A stretch of DNA of 63,365 bases, filler included, from Rhabdomonas costata (taxonomy: Eukaryota), in the NCBI GenBank assembly GCA_019059605.1. It is 42 parts of 42 records of this genome, joined end to end, with 100 filler letters (N's around TTAATTAATTAA, not from the genome) between each part and the next. Parts side by side here need not be neighbours in the genome. Positions count along the whole stretch, not along the records: positions 36,270 to 37,680 come from JAHMHO010016722.1; positions 37,781 to 39,190 come from JAHMHO010016723.1; positions 39,291 to 40,701 come from JAHMHO010016724.1; positions 40,802 to 42,212 come from JAHMHO010016725.1; positions 42,313 to 43,722 come from JAHMHO010016726.1; positions 43,823 to 45,233 come from JAHMHO010016727.1; positions 45,334 to 46,744 come from JAHMHO010016728.1; positions 46,845 to 48,255 come from JAHMHO010016729.1; 34 more parts are not named here. One strand, given 5' to 3'. The notes beneath the pieces were generated by a model. It did no database searches, had not been told where the DNA came from, and saw only the letters and a list, made by a program, of their open reading frames with translations. Below are positions 36,976-49,762 of this stretch, piece after piece; position 1 is the first letter of the stretch; each line of letters opens with the position of its first letter. Made by a program: the position numbers and the translations under genes.

Positions 36976-39290
36976 CGCAGGCTTCGCGGGTCACGATTCT
37001 CTTTCAGTTTCGGTCAAGGTTACTGAGGGTATCCCGTCTGATTGGGAGTTGTCGCTACTGAGCGCGTACGAATCCTGTACTGCGTCGATGGCAAGGCGAA
37101 GGTGGTCGACGGAGTCTCTTTCTACTGGCACTGGCAAGCCCTTAATCTCATCTCATCAATTGAAAGTGTGGGAGGGTCAGCGAGTGTCAGCAGGAAAGCA
37201 AAAACCTCGGGGACCAACGGTGCACTAATGCACACCAGCCAAAAAAAGAAGTCATCGGTACGGACAGCACGAGATAAAAGCAGACCGCACTGTGTACGGG
37301 GGACAGGCGGCGGAAGGAAAACAGGAAAGAAGGCGAGAGAGAGATAAATGAATCCAGTCGAAGGAGTGCATGTGAGCGCTGGGGGGGGGACAATCTATGG
37401 CAACCCCAGGCAAGGATGCCCAGGGCTCCCACACTGAGTTGGAGATGTTCACCCACTGCCTCTCACAGACAAAACAGACAAAACTGCGAATGTGTAGCTC
37501 AAGTTGGGGAGAGTGTGTACGGTGTTTATTTTCCATCTGGACGGTGGGCGAAGTGTGCCTGTGCTCTTGTCGCGCCGGTCGCTTGTCTCACGTTCGAAAT
37601 GTATGTCAGCACCACCTGCCTCGTTCGGTGCTCAATGGAGTTCTGACCAATCCGGCTGCATCCACATAAACGAGTGCTGTNNNNNNNNNNNNNNNNNNNN
37701 NNNNNNNNNNNNNNNNNNNNNNNNTTAATTAATTAANNNNNNNNNNNNNNNNNNNNNNNNNNNNNNNNNNNNNNNNNNNNGGGTGGAGGTTGGGTATTCT
37801 TTATGTTTACCTGATATTTTAACACAACGGGCGAGAGTAAAGCAGAAGCAGATGCACAAGTGGTGGTGTAGTACTCTTCATTATTGATGACTCAAAAATC
37901 TGACTTGTGAACAAGAAGAGCGTATAAAAAGTGGCTTTTTGCATACCAGAGAGTTGAGGGTCCCACACATGCGAAGCACTCTTTTTGCATTAATGTCCCA
38001 TAACGTAAATGTCATGATGTGGTACCACATAAACTTGTGAAGACCCGGCGCGGGGTTTTAAGGGAAGATGACGCGGCCAAACCCCTGCGGAAGGAGACTT
38101 GTAAAGTTGTTTTTGGGGTAACCACAACCGGGATGTCGGCGCTCAAAAAGATGGCGGGGAACAAAAACCAGGATTTGGGATTGGACAGAAAGGCAAGCGA
38201 ATAGCGATGATGAACCTGATGATGGATGGGCCGGAAGGTGGGGCCCAACGCGATGCTGCCAAAGCGGCCAATCCAACCGCAAGCGCGCGGCATGGAAGTG
38301 ATGAGGGAAATGAAGGTGACGATGGTACTTTCCTGACCTTTCCTTTGTTGTGCCCTTTCTCTTGCTATGTTCTGCCGTTGTCGTCGTCCGGGAAGTTTTG
38401 CTGTACTTTTGAGTTTTTTTTGGGGGGGGGGCTGGTGACCAACGAAAGCTGCATGGGGAAAACAGAGAGTGCACCCTCCGCCCCGGTGGGTACGCGACAC
38501 GGCCCGAAGGCGGGACGCACAAGCGCGTGGGATGAGGCAATGCTGGCAAGGAGCCACAAAAGTCTGGGGAAGAAGGGGGAAGGGATACCCGGAAAGTATG
38601 ACCAAGTCACACCCGAAGCGGGACACACATAAAAAGGAAGAAAGTGGGAAAGGAATGGGCTTCTTCTCCACTAAACCACTAAACCCGGCGACCTGTGACA
38701 CCCGCCTTCGAAATCTTTACCGAAAATGGCGTCGAGTAAAATTCTTATCTGGGAATGCCCGTTCATTAGGTCGTACTGTACCGTGTGCCTCCAGGCGAAA
38801 TAGAGGAATGAAGGATGGGGCCAAGGAGGAGGTAGAGGCGCTGAAGCTGCAAAACACTTTCCGCGATACGTTACCATATCATTTATTCCACAAAGAGACG
38901 TGCTTCGCCCACTGAAATGGTTTCGAATTTCCTCCCCATAACTCAGGCAAATATAGTCTGCTTCCTCTCAAAAAGTCACAACCGAAAACTGCGAGCATTT
39001 CGGACTTCGGAAAACAAGGTGGAGAAGAAACGTTAATTTTATCTGGGGATGTTTCCTATGTCTTTTTGTTTCGTTTTTCATTTATAAACACCCATATAAA
39101 GCCATTTTCCGGCCATAGTCAAAATTCAGAGACCCCGAATTCTAATTCTAAATCTAAAGGCTATCTGGCGACCAACCATTTCTCAGAATCNNNNNNNNNN
39201 NNNNNNNNNNNNNNNNNNNNNNNNNNNNNNNNNNTTAATTAATTAANNNNNNNNNNNNNNNNNNNNNNNNNNNNNNNNNNNNNNNNNNNN

Positions 39291-40701
39291 GGTGATGGCC
39301 ACCCCTGTCTCGACTTCGTGTTCTTCTGCTTCTCCGCCGCCCACCCCGGGAGTGATTGTTCTGGGAGGCCAGGCTTCCCGAAGACCTCGAGCGGGTCTGG
39401 CGGTGCCGATGCGCGCCCCAATCTTTGCTCCGACTCCTTCTGCGATGGGAAGAGTGACGATGAACGGGTTGATGATGAAGGCGGTGCGCTGCAAGGAGGG
39501 GAGGGGAGGGGGCCTCTCGTCCGCCGCTAGCCCCTGAAGAGAGCGCCACAGAGCCCGGATGCGCCAGTGCATTCAGGTGTGCACTCTTTTGAACCGGGCC
39601 ACGGGAGGTTGGTGCGAGCGTCGTCCGGACAACACCATCAACTCGTTGAGCAGCAGACCTTCTTGAGGGGGAAAATTTGCCTCGGTTGGTCACAGACTCC
39701 TCAGTGTCAGAGCACGGAGGAGTGGGAAGGCAGAGCGAGGACATGGCGCCTGACAGATCAGTCTCTTCACTGGGACTACGGAGCACAGAACCCTCGACCA
39801 TGCGCTGGAGCTTTTCAGGCCTCCGCCCATCGGGCGGAAAGGAAGCAGTCCGTTTGTCCCGAACAGAACCTTCTGATGACTCCGACGGATGTCGGGTGGT
39901 CTTTGGCGGTCCAAGGGCAGGCTGAAATGGGTGTGCGGCTGGTTTTGCACTTCGTGGCTCCACGGCAGGAGATCGCGGGAGAATCTGCTTCCCAGAGAGG
40001 GCTGAGGAGGAAACGCATACACCTGAGAAAACAGCAGAACCAGTGGATGTACACCTCCATAAGTTGGTTCAATTCATAGCTCGCAAACACGAAGTGAGGA
40101 AGTGAGGTGAGTGGCCAAACACTTCTACGCAAGTTAATGAGGTTGCGCCTGATTTGCCAGTGCAATTATCCTTTGGTGGGTCGAGGTTTCTCAGCGAGTC
40201 AGTGACCACTTCTTTTCACCCCCTTGTAGTTCATCAAAACACGAACAAACCGGGAAAGAGGGACCTTATCCAATCGAAAAAGCGACGGTTACCTTTTTCT
40301 GGAACGTCCGCAGGGAGTTTGTTCTCCTTAACCGAGTCAATCGTTGCAAATCCTGAGTCTTTTCGAGACAGAGCAGCCTCAGCGCGAACCGCTTGCTCCT
40401 GCACCGCCGCCGCGGCTGGCTCCGGCACCACGGCTGAGCCACTTGTGTGCTGAAGCTCAGGCATTCCAAGTCCTTTCTTGCCGTCGGGCTTCACACTCGC
40501 ATCCCCGACCTGCCTGGAAGCAGGGACAGGTGTCCCGGCAGATGGCGCTGCTGGCTTGGACTTCGACCCGGTGGAACCCACGCAGGTCGCCAGGGCGTCC
40601 TTGGGGATGAGATGTCCCACTGCGGGCTTGGCAGGGCGCGCAACGTCACTTTCACCCGAGGCAGAACTGGAGCTGGCTTGACCTGCATCCTCGCATCGGG
40701 G
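39291..40701 (-). CDS. Low-complexity Ser/Arg/His-rich protein (exons 40293-40701, 39291-40001)
   Basis: Two long open frames are joined by a phase-1 intron (GTAAC...CTCAG). RS-like tract RRRSRSKD...RRRSRRTRSRDR. Confidence 0.5.
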
Positions 40702-40935
40702 NNNNNNNNNNNNNNNNNNNNNNNNNNNNNNNNNNNNNNNNNNNNTTAATTAATTAANNNNNNNNNNNNNNNNNNNNNNNNNNNNNNNNNNNNNNNNNNN
40801 NGTTGTTTTTTACAGTTTTTTTTTTGCAAAGGAGAGGATCCTTTTTAAATTGAGTTTGGTCATATACAGAGCGCACCTCCACACCTCTTAATGGTCCTCT
40901 GTGCTCGTGTGCGTTTGCTGGTTTTGCTGGGACAG

Positions 40936-42144
40936 CCTCGGCCGCCAAAGCGCAGGAAACTCCTCAGCCCCTTCCCCCAGGATGACCACAACCACCACTC
41001 TCTGTCGGGCGAGCTCCGTGGCACTTCCATTGGTACAGTTCTTTCAGATAACATACGCACATTTTCTTTGATAGCAGTTTCCGGTGACCAGAAGTGGACT
41101 GGGAGGTTTCTGTTGGAATTTGGGTGACCTCGGAATGTTCCTAACAAACTGCGCAGGCATGCACCCTAGTGGCGATTGAAGCGGGACAATAGCTCCTTGT
41201 AGCAATAATGGTAGTGGTGTCCACTTAGATTGGGTGTGTCACTTCACTGGCGGCTGAATAATTGTGGTAGCAGAAGGGATTGCATGTGGTTCGCATGGAC
41301 AAAAACCGAGGCTCCTCGGGAAGTGCTGCATCTCGCGGGCCAAAATTTGCAGCGGTCAGAATCCGAGGACCACCTTTTTGGGGGGGCTGTGCGCCGTGGC
41401 TTGACCCAACACTTAACTTGGATTCAAATCCCACTCAGTCTCTCGTGTTGTCCCTTCTTCCTGATGTACACCAACGGGTTCAGTTTGTCTGAATACATTT
41501 GGGCTCCCGCACAAAAGGGTGGAACGTCTGCAACGCGTGCGGGGCCCCAACGGCGGTGGAGCTGCCCCACAAGCTGGCCCAGCCTTCGGAAAAGTGGTTC
41601 TGCAGGTTGAAACCGTGGGAATGGGAATGGGAATGGGAGAAGGCGGCGGGGGGCAGTAGCAGGGTTGCTCTGCCGGCAAGCAAGCTCGGAACTTTGCACA
41701 GTCCCGGGGTCCGAGCTGCCGCCAGAGGCATCATAAAGCATTTGACAAAATGTATCGTTCAAAGCTCAAGGGTGGTAGTATCAACTGGGGCGTTAGGGAG
41801 AGGTTTATGTCCCAATCGTCTTTTGACTGCAGAAACCTTACGAGAGAGCGGCTGGGCCAACACAGCCAAACAAAACGAGGCTCAGTAATCCGGTGTGTGA
41901 TTGAGTGGTGCTTTGAGGTGAATGGTTTGTGCGGGCCAGTGACTAATGGAAAGAAGGGTGGGGTTGAACTTTGCCGCTATTTCGCCGCCGTCATTCCTTT
42001 TTTGTTCGTTATTTTGCTAGGATGAACACCTGGAACCCCGAGCTGGCTCGGTGCGTGCCAGAGAAGGAGTGGGAGCAGCAATACGAGCAGTGGATGCAGG
42101 AGCATAACCAAAGCCCCCGGGAGTGGATCTTGAATGGGGTCAAG
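40936..42144 (+). CDS. CW-type zinc finger nuclear protein (exons 40936-41032, 41518-41605, 42021-42144)
   Basis: NLS-like PPKRRK. The spliced WNVCNAC...EKWFCRMNTWNPELARC matches zf-CW (W-x2-C-x2-C...W-x-C-x2-N...C). Intron phases are compatible. Confidence 0.75.
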
Positions 42145-42319
42145 GTTGTTCCCTCCCCCCTCTCAATTTATCTGAGTGTGTTTTTTTTCATAGAAAGACC
42201 AACACTCCTGAGNNNNNNNNNNNNNNNNNNNNNNNNNNNNNNNNNNNNNNNNNNNNTTAATTAATTAANNNNNNNNNNNNNNNNNNNNNNNNNNNNNNNN
42301 NNNNNNNNNNNNGTGGGTG

Positions 42320-42476
42320 TTTATTTTCATCTATGTAGATGTAGATGTGATTCAATCAAAGTGGATGTTGAGAAAATCGGCTGGATCTGCTCACAACAGG
42401 TTGGACGCTTTCTAGCCTATTTTCTCAACATCCACTTTGATTGAATCACATCTACATCTACATAGATGAAAATAAA
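42320..42476. repeat. 58-bp perfect inverted repeat at contig start (probable fold-back chimera)
   Basis: 42320-42377 is the reverse complement of 42419-42476. Confidence 0.85.
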
Positions 42477-42745
42477 ATCCCATGGCGTTGTTCGTACACA
42501 GTACCAGCGACACTCTCTGCCACACGCTTTTGCGTTACCGTTCTTCTGTCGTAGGGTGGAAAAGGGGTCTGCTATCCTCATTATATTGTTCCAGGCACTT
42601 GTGTTTGGGGATCGTTTGTTCCGTATTTTTGGTGTTGCAGAGATTTACCAACATCGAACCCCCGTTCAAATTGAAGCCAGAGGGTTGAGAGCAACGGGTC
42701 ACCAGTAACAAAGACTTACTTTTTAATTCTTTTTGAATAACAAAG

Positions 42746-42920
42746 GGATGTGCATCCTTGCCAAGTCTCTGGAGTCGGTGCATCGCATTGTCGAGATTAT
42801 CGCCGCCAACAACTCCACAGGAAGGGTGCGCAAGCACTACGTTGCCCGAGTACTGGGCAAGTTTCCCGCCGGGGAGGTGGTTTGCGACCAGCGGCTCACG
42901 ATGGCCAAGAAAAACCGCCG
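42746..42920 (+). CDS. RluA-family (RPUSD2/PUS9-like) RNA pseudouridine synthase, internal exon
   Basis: GMCILAKS...VRKHYVARVLGKFPAGEVVCDQRL matches the SG-hhhhAK and KxYxAxVxGxFP motifs that follow HRLD. Confidence 0.8.
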
Positions 42921-43946
42921 GTCAATTTTTCTTACTTGACTCCAACACACACAACCTTTCCGTGCAGAGTTTTGAACATTTTTGTAAAGAGAGGTAAAAG
43001 GCATACCTCTGAGCGGGTGCTGTTTGTTCCAATCGGGCCGCATGTTTTAGCTTCTGGATTCTGGCTTCACCAGGGCTATGTTTATGATTGTGGGTCAAGA
43101 CTTTAGACAAAACCTGATGTAAATCACCTGTGGCCATCCGTCCACAATGTTGTTATCACGACCGAGGAATGCTTTGTGTGGAGGTCTTCTTGAACCCGGT
43201 AGTTTATGCTTTGCTGGCAGCAGATTGATATATCTATCTGCCGCCAGCACAGCCGCTCTATATCTTCTCTTCCTCGGCTGCCCACGTTTGCTGACAAGTG
43301 AGCAAGTGAGCAATGGAGACCGATGTTTTTTTTTGTGCACATCGTTGCGGGTGGTTTTTTGTTTTACGGCCGGTGTGACGCATTTGGCGTGCCCGTGGAG
43401 GCAGTCCATTCCCCCATTTTCCCTTGCGAGCGTTATCGTTCCTCATAAGTTCAAGCGTTGCCGATATAAAGCACAGAAGAACGTGGAAGGAAACAAACAC
43501 AAAACCGAAACAATATTCAAAGTAAAGGGGCTTCCCCTATCACCGCCCTGGAGGAGGAGGAGGACGAGCCCCGCGGCGCGGAATGGGTCAAGGATGCCCA
43601 CAGCACCTTTCGACTCCGGGGCTACCACCGCCAGACCAACACCAGCACTGTCGACGCCTGGATCGTTACCGGAAGGACCCACCAGATTAGGTTCGCCCCG
43701 CAACACCACACACACCCAACACNNNNNNNNNNNNNNNNNNNNNNNNNNNNNNNNNNNNNNNNNNNNTTAATTAATTAANNNNNNNNNNNNNNNNNNNNNN
43801 NNNNNNNNNNNNNNNNNNNNNNTTGTGGGGTTATAATGAATAAACAAACATCCGCTGTCTCTTTGTCTTTATGGAAGCCAACAGCAGTCTTGTTTCCAGC
43901 GGATGTTTGTTTATTCATTATAACCCCTCATCCTTTGCCTTTCACA

Positions 43947-45102
43947 ATGGCAGCCGCCACTCTGGGCATCATTGGGGGCTCAGGTACTCACGATTTGCCC
44001 ATGCATGCGCCTGTGCTTTTATGAAGTTATTTAGCAACATATTTGTTCCTCAGAGGAATCAGCGGCAACACCACATTAATGAGGATCTCGCTGGCGTTGG
44101 CTCGGCCAGAGAGGGTATCCACATCTGGAGTCGCCGCCGAGTTGCTTTCTGTTTTGCACCTCCCGGTGTAGGTGTGTACAAGTTTGGTGGCATGACCGCC
44201 ATTCGCCGGATCGAGCTGCGGACTCCCTTTGGGGCCACATCTGACCCCATTTACGTGGGGAGCTGCCATGGACTACAGTGTGCCTTTCTGGCAAGGTGTG
44301 GTGCCCTCCCGCCCTGCAAGGTGTGTGTGTGTGTGTGTGTGCGTGCGTGCGGACTGTTTGAGCATATCTCCAATTTGTTGTCTCCCACTTCTGCAGCGGT
44401 ACCCCGATGACGTACCACCTCCACTTTTTCAAATACTCTCTCCCCTCCCCTCTCCCCGCTCTCCTTCTCCTCTCCGTCGACTGTGCGCCTTCCGTTACTA
44501 CGAATTTATTTCTATGTTGCCGTATTTGTGAAGAATCATTTTTCTGAAGAATTTTCTTGAGGTACTTATTTTTTGTGGGTTTGGCCGACCTTTGGGAAAG
44601 ACAGAGGAAGCGGAGCGATAGAAGGCGTTTTAGTCATCTCGCCGCATGCACCCCTTCACCGTGTGAGTGTGTCTTGTCTGTTTCGGTTTCTGTCTTTCTC
44701 ACCCTCTCGTATACAAGCCCCCACCTCAAACACCCCTCAGTGCACCTCGCATATCCAGAACCCGACCAGTCCTCCGATTTCAGTGTGAGGCATTCCACGA
44801 AAAAGTCTTCCACCCCACAGTCGCGGAGAACCCGACGAACAGCGCCCCAGGCAGGTGGAAATGGTGCCTTGCTAATGATGACCCGACCACTTCCCTTCTA
44901 TTAAAGTATATCATTCAGCTCAGCTCAGAGTTCACACCTTTCACCCTCACTTACGCTTACACATGTTTTTTTCGGTTTCAGACACGGGGCGGGTCACCGG
45001 CTGCTTCCCTCAGAGATTCCCTACAAGGCCAACATCTGGGCCCTGAAGTCGCTGGGGTTGAAGTACCTCCTCAGCTTGTGCGCGTGTGGCTCCCTGCGTG
45101 AG
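43947..45102 (+). CDS. MTAP: S-methyl-5'-thioadenosine phosphorylase, 5' part (exons 43947-43983, 44172-44295, 44982-45102)
   Basis: [10 protein letters not shown]...TPFGATSD...[30 protein letters not shown]...ACGSLRE. All introns are GT-AG and in frame. Confidence 0.96.
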
Positions 45103-45654
45103 GTGAGGACAATGGGATGGGCTTTCTGGGGAGGGGCACTCCTTTTATCCAATCTAGAGAACAACCCCAGGCTGGGAAGAATTCTTCATCGCTGATGCCA
45201 TGTGGCGTGTGGAACGTCAGGGTACCTGACGTTNNNNNNNNNNNNNNNNNNNNNNNNNNNNNNNNNNNNNNNNNNNNTTAATTAATTAANNNNNNNNNNN
45301 NNNNNNNNNNNNNNNNNNNNNNNNNNNNNNNNNTGTCATTTTCCAGTACACTACGAATCTGCAGAAACCTTGCTTCTTTAGAAATTTCGCGGCCCATTTG
45401 ATGTCTGTCTGTCTGCCCATGCACAAGGCCCGACGGCTGTCTTCCTTTCAGCGGATGAGAAAAGGGAATGCCCAGCAGCCCAGCCACAGAAGCACTATCG
45501 GGATGGTCGAATCGATAGCCGGCCCGTGGAAAGCCGCCGCCTCTCAGCCGCCACTCCATATACCGTTCTGATCCCTGAGGGAGTTAATCTGACTGGCGGA
45601 TGGGCAGGTGGTTTTTCGAGTTACCTTCTCCTCCTCCTTCCGTTCCCTTGTCAG

Positions 45655-46162
45655 GCAACGCCGCGGCATGGGACTGGGTGCAGGGGAAGCAGGTGGAGAC
45701 GTTCGCTGTGGGGATCTTCCCTCTGCTTCAGATTCAGGTTTCCCTCCCCTTCTGTGCTGGGAGCGGTGCCTCTTTAACTTTTCTTGCTTCGAGCATTGGG
45801 ACGAAGAGAACCATTGTGGCACAATTCACCAAGCTGCTGCTGAACGGCAAAGACCTACATGGATACTAATCCATCCCAACGAGCTTGAAAGATAGCATCA
45901 CCAGTTGGCTGTTGTTGTTTTTTACCGCTCGTGTTCGCTGACCTTAGGTTTTTTTTATTGTTTCTTTTACTTAACAACCTTCCCCCCGAAATAAAACAGG
46001 TCGCATTGCTAGGTGGGCGCAAGGTGATGATCACCACGGGCGAAGACAAGACTGTTCGGGTGTGGGACTTGGCCAACCACGTCTGCGAGCATGTCCTAAC
46101 GGCACACCGCGGGGTCCCCTCGGCGTTAGTGGTGGTCCCAGAGCTGCAGGCCGTCCTCACCG
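45655..46162 (+). CDS. WD40-repeat protein (exons 45655-45737, 46000-46162)
   Basis: NAAAWDWVQGKQVETF... | MITTGEDKTVRVWDLANHVCEHVLTAH. Confidence 0.8.
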
Positions 46163-46959
46163 GTCTGGCTGCATTTCCTTCTTTCTCGCCCACATCTCCA
46201 GCCGCACGCACTTCAAGATTAGCAATAAGCAAAGAGGCGAGAAAGAAATCCCACTGGAAAATTCTTAGAAGAACAGATCCAGGACCCACGCGAAGAAGCC
46301 CTGCTTTTGAGATAAGGTGGGGCTTATTGTTGCCGGACTGACCTAGCGGAGAGAAGTCTTGCTACTCTGATCCATCACATGTGAAAATCCCAACCAACGA
46401 CAAACCATTAAAAGCTGAAGTCAATGCCGAATGCGGAGGGAGAGTGCTCTCTTAACTGGCAAAAAACGCCTCCCTTCCAACGCGCAAAACCACAAACCGC
46501 AACAGCTACCAAAGCTCGTTTCCGGCATGTTGTAGATTTCAGCCCTGCGCGTGCCCTATGGAGAGTTTTTCTGTTACTGCCTCTTCCTCTGTGAATCGTT
46601 GTTTTTCGGGGTTCTGCGTGCACGCCTCTGGTGCCCTTTTTTGCGTGCTGCGTAACCTTTTTCTTCTTCGCACTGTCGTAACAACCGTCGGTTAAGTCCA
46701 CCCGAAACTCACACTCACACACTTGCACAGCCTCCTTCGATCGCNNNNNNNNNNNNNNNNNNNNNNNNNNNNNNNNNNNNNNNNNNNNTTAATTAATTAA
46801 NNNNNNNNNNNNNNNNNNNNNNNNNNNNNNNNNNNNNNNNNNNNGGTGTGTTTTTTTTTCCGCTACCTTTGAAAATTTGAGGTGAATCGGGTCAACAGCG
46901 GGAAGATTGCATTTCGAGAGCGGGGGAAGCGGTGCGGACGGGAAGGACAGCACGCAGAC

Positions 46960-48090
46960 CGAGCTTCACGGCCAGAGGGAAGCCTGTCTTCTGGTAGTGA
47001 CGCAGGGCCGCTCCGGTCCCCCCGGTGCCCATCCAGTTGGAGCGACCCGAGAGGATCGTCCCGTCCTAATCCACAGCCACACACATGAGTACGTACGCAC
47101 ACCGCAGCCCCGTAAGTGGGTGCGGGAGTCAGAGCATTTCTCTTATAAATGGATAACCACCCGAGGGACACATATGGCGCCCAACGACGAGCGAGCACTA
47201 TATTAGTCTTACTAAATGGAATGAAACGCTTCTACGATCATATGGCCCGCGTCATCTCAAAAGAAGGAGGTAGGGGTAGACACACCACGAACAGGCCGAA
47301 AAGAGGCAAAAACACCTTCAAGTCAAAACCAGTTTTTGTTACCACCCAAAAATGTCTGATTTAGAGCGCACTTTTCTCGGCTGCGTCGTTTTGAGGTGAA
47401 GAGGACAATATTTCCTGACAACGGCACCGTGTATGCATAGAAAAACCGACGAGCTTTTTGCGCTCCTGAAAAAAAAAAGCCGCATCAGTCATCGCCCCAT
47501 TCCCTTCCTCGATACAATCCTCCAATTAGTGGTGAGCCGCCCAGAACTTTCACAGAGAAATGGGTGGGAGGCGAGGGGATGTAGCCGGCACCGAGAGATT
47601 CATCCAGAGGTTCTCCGTGGCCCCGGACTCCGCGCACTTCCAGCCCTTGGGCGGCACCTTCACGCCGTTGTTCAGCTGCACCAGGTCCTCCGCGTATTTG
47701 CTGATGATCTTGGGCTCTGCATCCTCCCAAACCTGTGCCAAGTGCACACGAAAGAGCAGTTCCAAAATATAAAGATCACCTCTGGGCAAAGGCAGACATA
47801 TTTGCCACAGATTAGGGGACTCACCCTCGACACCCCTTTGTGTGTGTGCAACCCCCAAGCCAACAGTTCTCCTGTGCATTTTTTTTTTGCAAAATACCTG
47901 TTGAAGTGGGTTTCTTTCGTCTCCACGCAAAAAGGAATTTGCACAACTGTGCTGTGTGTAAGCGCACCAGGAAAAAAAACAGAAAATGAAAGTAGAAAAT
48001 GAGAGGGATAAGGGACACCCGCCGAAGGCATCGCCTTTCCTGACGAGTGGTGAGGACGGGACGGGACCATGCACGACCATCACATACATA

Positions 48091-48124
<34 letters not shown>

Positions 48125-48186
48125 GCAACATCGTCGCTGGCTGCGGCAGACTGGCGCTTGATGATCTCCGACACGGAGGCCTCGAC
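46960..48186 (-). CDS. USP5: Ubiquitin carboxyl-terminal hydrolase USP5/USP13 (Ubp14), ZnF-UBP region (exons 48124-48186, 47592-47732, 46960-47065)
   Basis: SKYAEDLVQLNNGVKVPPKGWKCAESGATENLWMNLS|DGTILSGRSNWMGTGGTGAALRHYQKTGFPLAVKLG is colinear with USP5 (NLWLNLTDG...GR...HY...YPLAVKLG). Confidence 0.92.
48093..48123. repeat. (CA)n microsatellite forming the 5' end of a USP5 intron
   Basis: Directly visible. Similar (GT)n tracts occur at 44321-44340 and 61503-61531. Confidence 0.9.
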
Positions 48187-49006
48187 CTAACATTACACCA
48201 CACCACATTGAGTCATCCACGCAACCAGCAGGCGCGGCCCAAAAAAGTCAAAAAANNNNNNNNNNNNNNNNNNNNNNNNNNNNNNNNNNNNNNNNNNNNT
48301 TAATTAATTAANNNNNNNNNNNNNNNNNNNNNNNNNNNNNNNNNNNNNNNNNNNNGGGGTGTGAGCTTCTGGGACGACGACAAATAGCATCAGCATTGGA
48401 ATGGATGGTGGAAGTGTTGAGATGACACTCTGGCCCGATTAGTGCAGAGTGATATGTTTGCTTGTCTGCATGTCTGTGTCTCTTTGCTTCGTGTAATATC
48501 CCTGCTGTAGGATTCACGTTCGGGTGGGTGAATTGTGTGTATTACGTGTATTTCCCTGCTCCCTTTCAATTCAGAATAACATAATATTCAGGACAGCATT
48601 GAGATGAAATTCATGTGTGGAATGTGTGATCTGGCAGAGCTCTATTGTAGAAATGTCGAATTGCCGTGCTGCACCACTTCATCTGAAAAAGTGTCCTTAA
48701 AAAGGCATGTGTACGCCTGTCACATTGGCGAAAATTTCAAAAAAAACTATTTTGTTTCCTTCAACTCCTAGTTTTATTATGCGTGAGGGGATTGTAATCT
48801 CCAGTCTCGAGATTGCGGCCCACCTCTATCTAATGGAAAAGTTGACCCCCTAAACAGATGAAATGGTTGAGGCACCGATGCAGATTCACGAGCATCAGGT
48901 TTTAACTGAGTGCGAGATAATAGCGTGCGGCATTTTAGCGTGGTTATTTCGAGTTCCTCCGATTGCCACCTTTCCCGATTTCCAGAACTCCTTTTTTAGT
49001 CTCATC

Positions 49007-49180
49007 ATGAATGCCCTGCCTCTGGATGTCCTCTCTTGCCTCTTTGGGTTTGTTCGGCAGCGTCAGTTTTGCTTGGTGTGCTTCCGGTGGACTCCCTTGA
49101 CCCACCTCACCCATCTGCGAGAGACGCCTGACGATCCGGAGGGCATTCCTAAGTGCTTGCTCGCGCTCTCGCCCTTCTGA
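49007..49180 (+). pseudogene. F-box-like N-terminus, truncated or degenerate
   Basis: MNALPLDVLSCLFGFV...FCLVCFRW fits the F-box LP...VCxRW pattern. The frame closes after 57 codons. Confidence 0.4.
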
Positions 49181-49603
49181 CTATCATTTAAGTAGCGGTC
49201 CTAAGGCGGTGTCTGCACTGTTCACTCCCATCCTTGGGTCTTCATTGCGAAGGTCCAAGGACCAGCGCCCAGCCGTTTCCTGTTTTTCTGCTTAAGCCCC
49301 GGTGTATTTCTTTTCTTCATTTGAGCTTTGCGTAAGTCCTTTGGCTATGGGTATTGGGGCCCTCTCTTCACTCTCTTCAGGGGACAATGCTGAGCATAGA
49401 CTTGAAATTCGGAGCGTTCACCCGGCGAGCTCTCATCGTAGATATTTTGGAGGGTGCTTGCCTTGTTTCCAATGTGTTCGACCCTCTTTCCTCGCAAAAA
49501 AAAATGGGTACGTTTTCTCATCATTTCGTACCTCTCCGCTTCATATCACTTCTTTGGCGATTTGGCAGCGACTCTACCCCTATTGTCGTTGTATTGATCG
49601 TTT

Positions 49604-49762
49604 TTTTGGATTCCCTGGGCAATCTCACCAAATGTCGGGATGAGCTTCAGTGAGTGAAAAGCGGCATGCCAGAAGAAGTGGTTGCCATGCTGGTGCGAAA
49701 GCCGATCTTCCCTCCCTGAAGCTCATCCCGACATTTGGTGAGATTGCCCAGGGAATCCAAAA
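49604..49762. repeat. 47-bp perfect inverted repeat at contig end (probable fold-back chimera)
   Basis: 49604-49650 is the reverse complement of 49716-49762. Confidence 0.85.

Noticed and set aside
42171-42190. TCTGAGTGTG-TTTTTTTTC resembling a euglenid spliced-leader relic (also TTTCTGAGTG at 4311-4320)
   Set aside because: Short, gapped and low-complexity, with no GT donor or SL RNA structure following. Consistent with chance.
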